Of a stretch of DNA of 64,000 nucleotides, positions 49,364 to 60,472 are shown piece after piece. How positions within the stretch are numbered: position 1 is the first letter of the stretch; each line of letters opens with the position of its first letter. The stretch is from an uncultured Clostridia bacterium (lineage in GTDB: Bacteria; Bacillota; Clostridia; TANB77; CAG-465), in the NCBI GenBank assembly GCA_934149365.1, contig CAKPEI010000007.1:126-64125 (forward strand), in the 5' to 3' direction. The notes below the pieces were generated by a model. The model saw only the letters and a program-made list of their open reading frames with translations, ran no database searches and was not told the DNA's origin. The position numbers and the translations under genes are program-made.

Positions 49364-50503
49364 TTGTCAGATATAGTAGTAAGCTCTGCAAAAAAAGTTA
49401 ATATATTAGATAAGATAATACAAAGCGTAGTAATAATGGTAAATATGGGCAAAATGAACCGTGCTATAGATGAACATCTTGAAGTTATAAAAAACACAGA
49501 TAGAGACGACCAAAGAGTATATCAAGAGAATATTCTAAAAGAGATTGTGTATGTTAAATATCAGTATGATATAATGCAAAGAACAATGTACGATTTAAAG
49601 ATGTCTTATTCTGACGAAATAATTGAAAATATAAATTCTACTGACAAAACTCAGAGATTAACACTTCAAAAAGAATTTCTAGAAATGGAATATGACAGAA
49701 TAACAAAATTGAAATTCAAAAATAGAGAAGATTTAAAATATATGCTACTTATAATTTCTGGGGCTATAGGAACAGTAAAACAAGGCATAAAAGATGAAGG
49801 AAAGAATTTAAGATATAATCAAGTAATAAAAGGTGCAGAAGACGTTGATACTAAATTAAAAGAAAATACTTATTCTGACGAGGACTATGATAAAGTATTC
49901 GAGTATCTTGACGAGTATGTAAGTTATATAAATGATAATTATGATATATCAAAATTGCCAGACGATGAAAAAGAGATAATAGAACTTGTTATTGAATCTA
50001 CTATAAATGGAATTGAGTCTGATATAGATGAACTTAATTATCAATATGATTTAATAATAAATATTTGTAAAAATGCTTATAGATATTTTAAGATTGTGGA
50101 CAAGATTTTTGAAAAATTACAACATGTATATGAAGAGTCTTTAGAAAGACAAAGTATAAATGTTTCAGATTATATTTTGTTCTACAAACAAATATATGAT
50201 AAGAAAATTAAGACTATGGTAAACGATGTTCATAGAACAATCAAAGTAGAAGATGAATATTTAGAGTATTCTAAGGCACTTCAAGATGAAACTATAGATG
50301 AATTTATACTAGGTAAAGCGTATGAAACTAGTACATCTGAAAAAACTAAACAAATTCTACAAGATGAACTAAAAAAATATATAGTTGAAGATGAAAGTAT
50401 TAATGAAAATGATATAGTAGGTGCTAAAGAAGAGAATACTCAGGAAGTAGAAGAAAATAAAGTAGAAGAAGTAACAGACGAAGAAGTTACAGAAGCTGTA
50501 TAA
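49364..50503 (+). CDS. hypothetical acidic protein
   Basis: 379 aa, D/E-rich. Confidence 0.3.
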   Translation: MSDIVVSSAKKVNILDKIIQSVVIMVNMGKMNRAIDEHLEVIKNTDRDDQRVYQENILKEIVYVKYQYDIMQRTMYDLKMSYSDEIIENINSTDKTQRLTLQKEFLEMEYDRITKLKFKNREDLKYMLLIISGAIGTVKQGIKDEGKNLRYNQVIKGAEDVDTKLKENTYSDEDYDKVFEYLDEYVSYINDNYDISKLPDDEKEIIELVIESTINGIESDIDELNYQYDLIINICKNAYRYFKIVDKIFEKLQHVYEESLERQSINVSDYILFYKQIYDKKIKTMVNDVHRTIKVEDEYLEYSKALQDETIDEFILGKAYETSTSEKTKQILQDELKKYIVEDESINENDIVGAKEENTQEVEENKVEEVTDEEVTEAV

Positions 50504-50551
50504 AAATAAGAAGTAGTGGTAATATTATCACTACTTCATTTTTGCTTTTTA

Positions 50552-51124
50552 TCACTCTATTTTTTCAATTAAGTAATAAAGTATGTCCATGTATTCATCA
50601 GGGGTAAGAAGGGTTTCATTACTATCTTTGCAACCTACAGAGTGAATTAAAGTATAATTTTCTTTTTTAGCCTTGTTAATTGCATAACTAAATATTTCAG
50701 ATTGTTCATATAGAGCGATGTAAGCTCTTTTTAGCAAAAGAATATAATCTTCGCTATGCCTATCATAAGTGCGCCCTTTCCAATATATTTGTTGTTTTAC
50801 TCTCCAGTCATCAAACATTGTACGAATACTGTAACAAAAAGGCCCGGTTTTTGCACAAAGCTCTCGTTGAAGTTGTGTGTTTTTTACTTTTAGTGACTGA
50901 ATAAATGCTTCCATTGAATAACAATAAACGTTATCGAATTTGAAAGAGTAAGGGCATAAATTTGACAAAGCCTTTGCTATACCTTTTGATTTAAAGCTTA
51001 TATCAATGATGTTAGAGCCTTGAATAAGATAGTTGCATGAAGGATTTTGACATTTGTTTAAATCGCCTCCTAAAAAAATTAGTTCATTTCCGCATTTTGG
51101 ACAATAAAGCGTAGAATAATTCAT
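50552..51124 (-). CDS. hypothetical protein with N-terminal zinc ribbon
   Basis: CPKCG...C.NPSC. Confidence 0.3.
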   Translation of the reverse strand: MNYSTLYCPKCGNELIFLGGDLNKCQNPSCNYLIQGSNIIDISFKSKGIAKALSNLCPYSFKFDNVYCYSMEAFIQSLKVKNTQLQRELCAKTGPFCYSIRTMFDDWRVKQQIYWKGRTYDRHSEDYILLLKRAYIALYEQSEIFSYAINKAKKENYTLIHSVGCKDSNETLLTPDEYMDILYYLIEKIE

Positions 51125-51180
51125 AAAATTTACCTCCTAAAATTATTTGAAGATTATCACATTAAATTTGAAATATTGTA

Positions 51181-51450
51181 TCATAGTAGCCTTTTGGAAT
51201 CAAGGAAAGCCTTGCAAATTTGCAAGGCTAACCAAAAAAATATAAGGGGGATTTGGCAATTTAGGGTATAATTTACATTTATATGGTAAAAAAACAAGTA
51301 ATAAGTAAAGTACAAACCCAGTAAAATAAACCAGCAAAGTATAAATAGGATTATCCGTAGTATTGTAAAATCAATTGAAAAAATTCTGAAAAAACCAGTA
51401 CAAACCCCAAACAACTTTCCATTATCTTTGTCCATATAAAGAGATTTCAT
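51181..51450 (-). CDS. PspC-domain membrane protein
   Basis: GKLFGVCTGFFRIFSIDFTILRIILF resembles the PspC domain. Confidence 0.45.
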   Translation of the reverse strand: MKSLYMDKDNGKLFGVCTGFFRIFSIDFTILRIILFILCWFILLGLYFTYYLFFYHINVNYTLNCQIPLIFFWLALQICKAFLDSKRLL

Positions 51451-51621
51451 GTGATTATTCTAATCCTAAGATATATATATTAATAATAACTCAAAAAATA
51501 ATTATATAGAAATTATACAATACAAACTAGGTAAAATCAAGTGATATCATTGTTTTTTTGTACATTGTAATATATAATATACGAAGAAATTAAAAGTGAA
51601 ATTAATAATCTGGAGGTGCTT

Positions 51622-54600
51622 ATGTCGAAAGATTTTGTACATTTACACATGCATACAGAATATAGTTTACTAGATGGCGCAAATAGAATTAAAGATTTAG
51701 TTAAAAAAGTAAAAGAATTAGATATGAAAGCTGTTGCAATTACTGATCATGGTAACATGTTTGGAGTAATAGAATTATATAAAGAATGTAAGGCAAATGG
51801 AATAAAGCCAATACTTGGTATGGAAGCTTATGTCGCACCTAGAAGTAGACTTGAGAAGGAAGGAAAAATAGATACTGAGCCTAATCATTTAATACTTCTT
51901 GCTATGAATAATATAGGGTATAAAAATTTGATTAAACTTTGTTCTATAGGGTATACAGAAGGATTTTATTATAAACCTAGAATTGACATGGAGGTTTTAG
52001 AAAAGTATAACGAAGGAATAATTGTATTATCTGCATGTCTTGCAGGAGCAGTTCCAAGAAAGATATTAGCAGGGGATATTGAAGGCGCAAAAGAAACAAT
52101 ATTAAAGTTTAAACAAATATTTAAAGATAGATATTATTTAGAGTTACAAGATAATAAATATAGCGACCAAATGATAGTTAATCAAAACTTAATAAGGATG
52201 TCAAGAGAGCTTGATGTCCCTCTTGTTGCAACTAACGATTGTCACTATTTAACCAAAGAAGATTATTATGCACATGAAGTTTTACTTTGTATACAAACAA
52301 GGAAGAAAATGACCGATGAAGATAGAATGTCTTTTGAGAAAAATGAATTTTACGTCAAGTCTAAAGAAGAAATGGCAGAAGCATTTGAAAATTTTCCGGA
52401 AGCAATAGAAAATACATCTAAAATAGCGGATATGTGTAATGTTGAGATTGAATTTGGACATACAATTCTTCCACATATAGATGTAGGTGAAAATGTATCA
52501 CATTTAGAATACTTTAAAAATGTGTGTTATACTGGTTTAAACGAAAAGTATTCTGGTGAAAGATATGAAGAAGCAAAAGCAAGACTAGATTATGAGATAG
52601 AAGTAATAGAAAAAATGGGGTATATAGATTATTTCCTTATAGTTGCTGATTTTATAAAATACGCGAAGGATAATGAAATTCCAGTAGGCCCTGGACGTGG
52701 TTCTGGAGCAGGCTCCATAGCAGCATATCTTAGTAATATAACTGCTATAGATCCACTTAAATTCAATTTAATATTTGAGCGTTTCCTAAATCCTGAAAGA
52801 GTAAGCATGCCCGATTTTGACGTGGACTTTTGCTATGAAAGAAGAGCAGAGGTTATAGAGTATGTAGCTAGAAAATATGGAAGAGACCATGTGGCTCAAA
52901 TTATAACGTTTGGAACTATGGCAGCAAGAAATGCTATAAGAGATACAGCAAGAGCTCTTGATATATCTTACCAAAAAGCAGATTTAGTAGCTAAGCTTGT
53001 GCCACAAGAAATAAAAATGACTATAGATAAGGCACTTAGCATTTCTAGTGAATTAAAACAGTTATATGATACTGATGAGGAAGTAGCCAAACTTATAGAT
53101 ATAGCTAAAAAAATGGAAGGACTTCCAAGACATGCATCAACACATGCTGCTGGTGTAGTTATAACTAAAGATCCAGTGGATACATATGTACCGTTATATT
53201 TAAATCAAGATGCTATATCTACTCAGTTTACAATGACTACATTGGAAGAATTAGGCCTTTTAAAGATGGACTTTTTAGGTTTAAGGACTTTAACTGTTAT
53301 ATCAGATACAATATATTTAATTAAGAAAATACATGGTATAGACATAAAGTTTGATGATAAATATGATGACGAAGAAGTGTATAAATTATTATCTGAAGGT
53401 AAGGCTACCGGAGTGTTCCAGATGGAAAGTGCTGGTTTTAGAAATGTAATGAAAGAACTAAAGCCAAATAGCATAGAAGATATTATTGTTATGATTTCGT
53501 TATATAGACCAGGCCCAATGGATCAAATACCTAGATATATTAAAAACAAAAATAACCCTGAAAATATTGAATATACACATAAAGCATTAGAACCTATACT
53601 TAAGGTAACATATGGATGTATGGTATATCAAGAACAAGTAATGCAGATATTTAGAGAACTTGCAGGCTATAGCCTTGGAAGAGCTGACTTAGTAAGGCGT
53701 GCAATGGGAAAAAAGAAAATAGATGTAATGAATAAAGAACGTCAGATTTTCATAAATGGCTTAAAAGATGAACAAGGAAATTATATAATAGATGGAGCAG
53801 TAAGAAGAGGAATAGACGAACAATCTGCAAATAAAATATTTGATGAAATGGCTGAGTTTGCCAAATATGCCTTCAATAAATCACATGCAGCAGCGTATGC
53901 TGTGGTATCATATCAAACAGCTTTTTTAAAGGCACATTATCCGGCTGAATTTATGGCTGCTACTATGAACAGTATGCTTGGCAATTTAGACAGAATACCT
54001 GAGTATATAGCAGAGTGTAAAATGTCTAATATAGAAGTTTTAAGACCGGATATAAACGAAAGTTATGCAAGATTTGCTGTAATTAATTCTAAGATAAGAT
54101 TTGCGCTTGCTTCTATAAAAAACGTGGGTGAAATGGCAATAGAAACAATAGTAGAAGAAAGAAAGAAAAATGGCAAATATGAAAGTTTTGTAGATTTCTT
54201 AAAAAGAATAGAAACTGAAAAGGTAAATAAAAAATGCGTTGAGTCTCTTATAATGGCAGGAGCATTTGATGAATTAGAAAAAGACTATACAAGAAGAGAT
54301 TTACTTGATAATTATGAAGATATAATAGATTCAATTAGTCAGGAAAGAAGAAATAATTTAAAAAATCAGGTAAGTATATTTGATGCTATGCAAGGTGAAG
54401 CATCAAACCAAGATGTCATGATAAAGATAAAAAAGAGCAATATTGAGATGACTAAGAAAGAAATGCTTGAAATGGAAAAAGAAATGATGGGTTTGTATAT
54501 ATCAGGACATCCGCTTGATGAATATGTGAATGATATAAAAAAATTAAGTACAGTATATACTAAAGATTTGGAAATTAAAAATGAAGCTATAGAAGATGAT

Positions 54601-55125
54601 GCAGAATATGTAAAAGAAGAAAATACATCTCAAAAATATGATGGAACAGAGCAAACTATATGTGCAGTTATATCTTCTGTAAAGCAAATATATACAAAAA
54701 ATAACAAACCTATGGCTTTTCTTTTGATAGAAGATTTATATGGAACTATGGAAGCTGTAATTTTTCCTACTGTTTATGCTAAATATTCTAATGTTATAAA
54801 AACAGGGGAAATATTAAAAATAGAAGGAAAAATAAGTTTAAAAGAAGGCGAAAGACCAAAAATATTGGCTAGTACTTTAAAAGAAATGACAAGAGGAGTT
54901 AAAAAAATATACATAAAAATAAATGAAGATATGGATGAAAAAGAAGCATTAGATAAAGTAGTATCTAACGTTATTACGACAGATGGCAGTATACCTATAT
55001 ATCTATATTTTGAGGAAAAAGATGAACTTAAGCTTTTATCAAAAAAATGGTGGACAGAGATAGATGATAATTTAGAAAATCATTTAAAAGAAGTGTTTGG
55101 AGAAAGTAATGTGAAATTTTGCTAA
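51622..55125 (+). CDS. dnaE: DNA polymerase III subunit alpha
   Basis: PHP domain HLHMHTEYSLLDG, polymerase core, OB fold. ~1167 aa from the SD-preceded ATG. Confidence 0.95.
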   Translation: MSKDFVHLHMHTEYSLLDGANRIKDLVKKVKELDMKAVAITDHGNMFGVIELYKECKANGIKPILGMEAYVAPRSRLEKEGKIDTEPNHLILLAMNNIGYKNLIKLCSIGYTEGFYYKPRIDMEVLEKYNEGIIVLSACLAGAVPRKILAGDIEGAKETILKFKQIFKDRYYLELQDNKYSDQMIVNQNLIRMSRELDVPLVATNDCHYLTKEDYYAHEVLLCIQTRKKMTDEDRMSFEKNEFYVKSKEEMAEAFENFPEAIENTSKIADMCNVEIEFGHTILPHIDVGENVSHLEYFKNVCYTGLNEKYSGERYEEAKARLDYEIEVIEKMGYIDYFLIVADFIKYAKDNEIPVGPGRGSGAGSIAAYLSNITAIDPLKFNLIFERFLNPERVSMPDFDVDFCYERRAEVIEYVARKYGRDHVAQIITFGTMAARNAIRDTARALDISYQKADLVAKLVPQEIKMTIDKALSISSELKQLYDTDEEVAKLIDIAKKMEGLPRHASTHAAGVVITKDPVDTYVPLYLNQDAISTQFTMTTLEELGLLKMDFLGLRTLTVISDTIYLIKKIHGIDIKFDDKYDDEEVYKLLSEGKATGVFQMESAGFRNVMKELKPNSIEDIIVMISLYRPGPMDQIPRYIKNKNNPENIEYTHKALEPILKVTYGCMVYQEQVMQIFRELAGYSLGRADLVRRAMGKKKIDVMNKERQIFINGLKDEQGNYIIDGAVRRGIDEQSANKIFDEMAEFAKYAFNKSHAAAYAVVSYQTAFLKAHYPAEFMAATMNSMLGNLDRIPEYIAECKMSNIEVLRPDINESYARFAVINSKIRFALASIKNVGEMAIETIVEERKKNGKYESFVDFLKRIETEKVNKKCVESLIMAGAFDELEKDYTRRDLLDNYEDIIDSISQERRNNLKNQVSIFDAMQGEASNQDVMIKIKKSNIEMTKKEMLEMEKEMMGLYISGHPLDEYVNDIKKLSTVYTKDLEIKNEAIEDDAEYVKEENTSQKYDGTEQTICAVISSVKQIYTKNNKPMAFLLIEDLYGTMEAVIFPTVYAKYSNVIKTGEILKIEGKISLKEGERPKILASTLKEMTRGVKKIYIKINEDMDEKEALDKVVSNVITTDGSIPIYLYFEEKDELKLLSKKWWTEIDDNLENHLKEVFGESNVKFC

Positions 55126-55147
55126 AAGTTATAAAATTTGTCGAAAA

Positions 55148-55413
55148 ATGTTGAAAAAAGTTTTTGGTTAAAGTAGAATAGTTGTAGAGAAAATGTATGA
55201 AAAAAAATAGAGGTAGAGATATGAAAGAGAGTAAGTTTAAATAGCGGTATAAAAAGGTTAGTTATGCGTAAATAATTATGCATAGCTAGCTTTTTGTGCA
55301 TAAAAAGTATATTACGATAGAAAATATTAATATGAATAAAAATAAATATTCAAAAATCATTTTAAAAAGTGCAAAATGTGAAAAAAACAGGTATACAAGG
55401 AGAGGAAAAAGAT
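55148..55413 (+). promoter_or_regulatory. conserved leader module E preceding p5
   Basis: TTGAAA(55151)-N17-TAGAAT(55174); short uORF MKESKFK containing gagagag; catagctagctttttgtg. Confidence 0.55.
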
Positions 55414-57201
55414 ATGAAAAGACTTAGAACAAAAGAGGGAGTATCATTAATAGTTTTGGTTATAACAATAATCGTGATGATAGTATTAGCAGGAGCTGTT
55501 ATACTTGCTTTAAATAATTCAGGTATTATAGGTAAAGCAAATATGGGAAGAGCCAAAAGTGATTTATCAACATTAATGGAAGAGGTACAAGTTAAAGCTG
55601 CAGAAAGAAAATTAAATGGACTAGATGTAGATGGAAGATATAAATTATCTGACTGGGGAATAGAAAGTCAAGAATATGAAGATAGAGTTATAATAGACAG
55701 TGGAAAGTTAAAAGTATCAAATAAAGGAAAAAATGATGAATTTGAAAAGGCAGCAAAAGAACTTGGTATTTTAACAAATACAGCTAATGCAGTACTTGAA
55801 AATACTACAGGAGAAAGTTTATTAGATTACAAGATATATGGAAACACTATACAAGGTGGTAATTTATTAGATAAAAATAATGTAAATTACATCATAGGTT
55901 ATTTTTTCAGAAGTAAGCCAGTAGTAACTACACATGCTAATGCTAGAACAATATATATCGAGTGTAAACCTAATACTTCATATGAGGTAACAAGAAGTGC
56001 TAGCTTCTCACAATTCCACATAGGTTGTACTTCTGATGTGCCAGAAGTTGGAATGGAAGTAAAAAATGTCGTTAGCGCAGATAAAACGACACAAATGAGA
56101 CTTAAGACTACTACAGATGATACTGCAAAGTATTTAGTTATATATTGCTATAATGGATATGAAGTTTCTGATAATTGGGAAGATATAGTAAATTCAATAG
56201 TAGTATCTGAAACACCTTCAATTAATAGTCCAGTTCAAATGCTGAGTTTGGGAGATTTAGTAACAGATGCAAATGATGCTAACTATGGTAAATATAAATT
56301 GCAAGTTGATATTAGTGGTAAGAATTTGCTACATTCTGATGTTACAACAAAAACATTAAATGGAGTAACGTTGATAAATAATAATGGAGAAATAACATTA
56401 AACGGAACTTGTACAGCAAGTGCAAATTTTGATATGGGCTATATTGATTTTGAAACAGGTACATATACTTTATCCGCAAATGCAAACAAAGTTCCGGTAG
56501 ATAACGGTCATTCATTGGTGCAAATATATGATTCTGTTAATCAGCAAGATTTACAGTTAACTAATAAAAATGCCTTAACATCAATAACTGGCACTGTGAA
56601 AAAGAAAGCTAAGTTTTTATATAGGATTCGTATAGAGGGTGGAACAACATATGATAATCTAGTTATAAAACCACAAATAGAGAAAGGAGAACAATCAACA
56701 AGTTATGAAACCTATCAAACTCCTAAACTAGTTACTATTTACCTAAATGAGCCACTTAGAAAAACAGGAGATTATGCTGACTATATTGATTTTAAAGAGA
56801 AAAAAGTAGTGAGAAATGTTAAATCTGAGCTTTCAGCTAATAAAGCTTGGAGTTATAGACAAGAAGACGATATAATATATTATGGAGTAAAAAATGCAAG
56901 ATATGAGGCAGATATATTTTGTAATTATATACCTAGTGAGACTAAAAGAATAGATGGTATGTCTTATGTAAGAACAGTAGATGAAGTTGTTAGAATATAT
57001 AACAGAGGATATTGGGAAAGTTTGGATGCATTTAAAAATTGGCTAGCAGACAAAAAAGATTTTGAAGTGATTTATCCATTAATTACACCAACTGAAGAGA
57101 GTATAACATTACCTGATATACCAACGTTTAAGGGAACAACAATAATTTCTGTAAGAGGAACAAATGGAATAGAAGCTTCTAATATAGTAGCAGAATATTA
57201 A
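55414..57201 (+). CDS. pilin-like N-terminal anchor fused to a large C-terminal domain with phage tail-fibre-like motifs, paralog p5
   Basis: MKRLRTKEGVSLIVLVITIIVMIVLAGAVILALNNSGIIGKANMGRAKSD; internal YLNEPLRKTGDYADYIDFKEKKVVRNV and SLGDLVTDANDANYGKYK. Confidence 0.6.
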   Translation: MKRLRTKEGVSLIVLVITIIVMIVLAGAVILALNNSGIIGKANMGRAKSDLSTLMEEVQVKAAERKLNGLDVDGRYKLSDWGIESQEYEDRVIIDSGKLKVSNKGKNDEFEKAAKELGILTNTANAVLENTTGESLLDYKIYGNTIQGGNLLDKNNVNYIIGYFFRSKPVVTTHANARTIYIECKPNTSYEVTRSASFSQFHIGCTSDVPEVGMEVKNVVSADKTTQMRLKTTTDDTAKYLVIYCYNGYEVSDNWEDIVNSIVVSETPSINSPVQMLSLGDLVTDANDANYGKYKLQVDISGKNLLHSDVTTKTLNGVTLINNNGEITLNGTCTASANFDMGYIDFETGTYTLSANANKVPVDNGHSLVQIYDSVNQQDLQLTNKNALTSITGTVKKKAKFLYRIRIEGGTTYDNLVIKPQIEKGEQSTSYETYQTPKLVTIYLNEPLRKTGDYADYIDFKEKKVVRNVKSELSANKAWSYRQEDDIIYYGVKNARYEADIFCNYIPSETKRIDGMSYVRTVDEVVRIYNRGYWESLDAFKNWLADKKDFEVIYPLITPTEESITLPDIPTFKGTTIISVRGTNGIEASNIVAEY

Positions 57202-57228
57202 TATGCTTTTTAGGAGAGGTGAGACTGT

Positions 57229-59091
57229 ATGAAAATTAAGAAAAATAGAATTGGAATATCGTTAATATTATTAGTAATTACAATAATTATCATGATAGTG
57301 CTAGCTGGAGCTGTTATGCTTGCCCTAAGTAATTCAGGCATTATAGGAAAAGCAAATATGGGAAGAGCTAAAAGTGATCTATCCACATTAATGGAAGAAG
57401 TACAAGTTAAAGTTGCAGAAAGAAAATTGAATAACTTAGATACAGAAGGAAAATATAAATTATCTGAGTGGGGAATACAAAACAGCACATATGAAGATAG
57501 AACTATGATAGTTGGAGGAAAACTAAGAGTATTAAATAAAGGAAAAGATGATGATGTAGAAAAAGCTGCAAAAGAGCTTGATATTATAATAAATACAGCT
57601 AGTGCAGTACTTGAAAATACAACTGGAAGTAGTTTGCTAAACTATAAAATATATGGAAATAGTATTCAAGAAAAACAAAATGGGAAAAACCACATAGAGT
57701 TCCCTTATTATAATAAAAACAAAGTAGAAGATACAGGTTTAACTTTTGTACAAAATGACGATAATACTATTACTATTAATGGTACTTCTACAAAATATGT
57801 TGTATATTATTTAAATTCAGGTTTAAAACTTCCTAATAATAAATATTTCTTGTCAGGTCTTCCAAGTGAACTTACGGGTATTAAACTTACTGCAGGAGCA
57901 AAAGATGAAAGTGGAAATACGCTGTTATACGTAGGAGACACTGGGGAAGGAACATCGTTTGACGTTACTAATATTAAATTTTGGGGTGTAACAATAGCAA
58001 TTAGAATAGATGCAGGTGTAACATTAAATAATGTAACTATAAAACCACAACTGGAAGTGGGCTCTACTTCAACCGAATATGAAAAATATATACAAAGTCC
58101 AACTCCAAATAACCCGGTTAAAGTGCAAAGTCTTGGAGATTTAGTAACAGATGCAAATGATGCTAACTATGGTAAATATAAAATACCGGTTAGAATTAAT
58201 GGAAAGAATTTGTTTAATAATAATCAGAATCCAACTAATTATTTTTATGATGATTTAGGAGTATATAGGGCGTCGCAAGTTATTGACTCATTTAAATATG
58301 TTAGAGCTGATGTTAGCCAGAACAAATATATAACTTGTAGTTATTCTTCATATCAATCCAATGTTACCGAACTTCCATATATAAGATTTACTGAATTTGA
58401 TGAAAACAATAATTTCATAAAAAGAACGCTAGTTAGCTATAAGGATATAGTAGATAAAAAAATAACCTATGTGGCAAGTGCAAATGCTAGTTATTTAGAT
58501 ATAAGAACTGAAGCAGATAATAGCCCACAAAAATCATATTTTAGCAATCTTCAAATAGAATATGGAAAAGAGGCAACAAGTTACGAAGAATATGAAGAAA
58601 AACAAGTTAACATTTATTTAAATGAGCCACTTAGAAAATTAGGAGAATATTCTGATTACATTGATTTTGAAAAGAAAAAAGTAGTAAGAGAAATAGGAGT
58701 AGACAAAATAGGTGATTTAACTAATGTTGAATATCATGCTTCAGCTATGCCAACGTATCCATATGGCTTTTTTGTAGCATATACTACCAAAGCTAGAAAG
58801 ACAGGAGAAAAATTATTATCTAGTGCATATGTTAGTAAAGCAAACTTTAATATAGATAAAGTGGCTTTCGGCAATGCTAAAGGTAAAAATATATACTTTG
58901 TAGATAAAGATTATACTGACGCAAGTACCTTTATAAAAGCGCTTCAAAATGAAGAAGTACAATACATATTAGAAGATCCAATAGAAGAGAGTATAACGTT
59001 ACCGGATATACCAACATTTAAGGGAACAACAGTAATTTCAATAGTAGGGGTAAACGGAGTAGAAGCTTCTAATATAGTTGCTGAATATTAA
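57229..59091 (+). CDS. pilin-like N-terminal anchor fused to a tail-fibre-like domain, paralog p6 (tandem to p5)
   Basis: MKIKKNRIGISLILLVITIIIMIVLAGAVMLALSNSGIIGKANMGRAKSD. Shares the N-terminal 140 aa, the YLNEPLRKLGEYSDYIDFEKKKVVR motif and the C-terminal ESITLPDIPTFKGTT..ASNIVAEY with p5. Confidence 0.6.
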   Translation: MKIKKNRIGISLILLVITIIIMIVLAGAVMLALSNSGIIGKANMGRAKSDLSTLMEEVQVKVAERKLNNLDTEGKYKLSEWGIQNSTYEDRTMIVGGKLRVLNKGKDDDVEKAAKELDIIINTASAVLENTTGSSLLNYKIYGNSIQEKQNGKNHIEFPYYNKNKVEDTGLTFVQNDDNTITINGTSTKYVVYYLNSGLKLPNNKYFLSGLPSELTGIKLTAGAKDESGNTLLYVGDTGEGTSFDVTNIKFWGVTIAIRIDAGVTLNNVTIKPQLEVGSTSTEYEKYIQSPTPNNPVKVQSLGDLVTDANDANYGKYKIPVRINGKNLFNNNQNPTNYFYDDLGVYRASQVIDSFKYVRADVSQNKYITCSYSSYQSNVTELPYIRFTEFDENNNFIKRTLVSYKDIVDKKITYVASANASYLDIRTEADNSPQKSYFSNLQIEYGKEATSYEEYEEKQVNIYLNEPLRKLGEYSDYIDFEKKKVVREIGVDKIGDLTNVEYHASAMPTYPYGFFVAYTTKARKTGEKLLSSAYVSKANFNIDKVAFGNAKGKNIYFVDKDYTDASTFIKALQNEEVQYILEDPIEESITLPDIPTFKGTTVISIVGVNGVEASNIVAEY

Positions 59092-59102
59092 GCATAAAAA
59101 TA

Positions 59103-59146
59103 TATAGGTATTACACTGAAGCCTATATATTTTTTTATCCACATAA
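59103..59146 (+). terminator. rho-independent terminator (atatatagg/cctatatat + T7)
   Basis: 9-bp stem followed by a T-run after the p6 stop. Confidence 0.55.
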
Positions 59147-59227
59147 GTTGACATAAATACTTATGAATGGTATAATATACTTGTTCAAAGAACAAAATCT
59201 TATCAATAATTTGTAGGAGGAATTAGT

Positions 59228-59413
59228 ATGTCAAAAAAAGAAGTAAGCAAGAAAAACAATGCACTCTGTACATTACTTACAATTATCGGTATCATCTCTA
59301 TGGTTGGCATTGCTTTTTCAAAAAATTTACCTACTACTGCACTTATACTTGTTATCTCGCTTGCTGTTATATTTACCATAAGCCAAAACATGGATAAACC
59401 TAAAGATAAATAA
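59228..59413 (+). CDS. small membrane protein
   Basis: 61 aa, 2 TM, SD ggagg. Confidence 0.3.
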   Translation: MSKKEVSKKNNALCTLLTIIGIISMVGIAFSKNLPTTALILVISLAVIFTISQNMDKPKDK

Positions 59414-59463
59414 TTTATTCATATATTAAAAGAATTAAGGAAGCAAATTTTGCTTCCTTAATT

Positions 59464-60348
59464 TTAACCTTTTGATATTTTGTGATGTCTTTCTTTTAAT
59501 CTTGTTATTAATGAATAATTTGATATATTTAAATTGTTATCAATACCTTTTCCTATCTCTGTATTTCTATCTGACAAACCGTGGTAATCAGAACCAACAG
59601 TTGGTACTAAATCAAGTTTATTTGCAAGAGTTAGTAGAGTATAAGTTTGTTCTTCTGTATGGTGAGGATTATATACTTCTAAGCCTTCAAGGCCACAAAC
59701 TTTTAAAAAGCATAAGAAGTCATATAAGTCGTCAACATTTAATTTTAAACTTTTGGGATGAAATAATACAGGGACACCACTCGCCATTAATATCTGGTAT
59801 ATTAAGTCTTGAGGTGAAAGTTTTTCTCTATTTACATATGCCGGCATGTTGCAATCTAAGTAGTCACCATAAGCAGATATAGGACTATCAGAATAACCCA
59901 TTTGATACAATGCTATAGCTATATCAAATCTGCCAATACTGATTTTTTTTCTTGCATACTTTTCAACCTTTGAATATGTTATAGGAATATTTAGATTTTG
60001 CAGTCTCTTAATTGTCCGTTTAACACATTTATCTCGGCTTGTTTCGAATATGTCAAATACTTTAATTATCCTATATGATGGATAATATGCGCCTATATGA
60101 CATACATGCTTTTTTGACATACCAAAACAATCTAAGTTTGTTCCAAATTCTACTCCTGGAATTATTTCTATATCACTTCCGGCAAGAGTTCTTGCTTTTT
60201 GATAAGAACCCAAGTTATAATGCTCAGTAAGTGATAAAACGCCAACGTTATTTATTTTAGCTTTTGATATTATTTCGTTCACTTTATCTTTTCCGTCTGA
60301 ACAGGTACTGTGTACATGTAGGTCTATTATTTTACTACTATTTTCCAT
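59464..60348 (-). CDS. PHP-family metal-dependent phosphoesterase
   Basis: IIDLHVHSTCSDG N-terminal PHP motif. Confidence 0.7.
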   Translation of the reverse strand: MENSSKIIDLHVHSTCSDGKDKVNEIISKAKINNVGVLSLTEHYNLGSYQKARTLAGSDIEIIPGVEFGTNLDCFGMSKKHVCHIGAYYPSYRIIKVFDIFETSRDKCVKRTIKRLQNLNIPITYSKVEKYARKKISIGRFDIAIALYQMGYSDSPISAYGDYLDCNMPAYVNREKLSPQDLIYQILMASGVPVLFHPKSLKLNVDDLYDFLCFLKVCGLEGLEVYNPHHTEEQTYTLLTLANKLDLVPTVGSDYHGLSDRNTEIGKGIDNNLNISNYSLITRLKERHHKISKG

Positions 60349-60472
60349 TTGTTTTTCCTCCCATATATTAATATTTCGGTTATGTAATTTTTACCAAAAT
60401 AGTATAACACATTTATGTTATATATGATATAATAATACCTAAATATTTGAAAAATAATAAGGAGATATACAT

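Noticed and set aside
55369-59091. Prophage tail module
   Set aside because: Tail-fibre-like motifs are present in p5 and p6. But there are no flanking capsid, terminase, portal, tape-measure, holin or integrase genes. dnaE lies immediately upstream and a PHP gene downstream.
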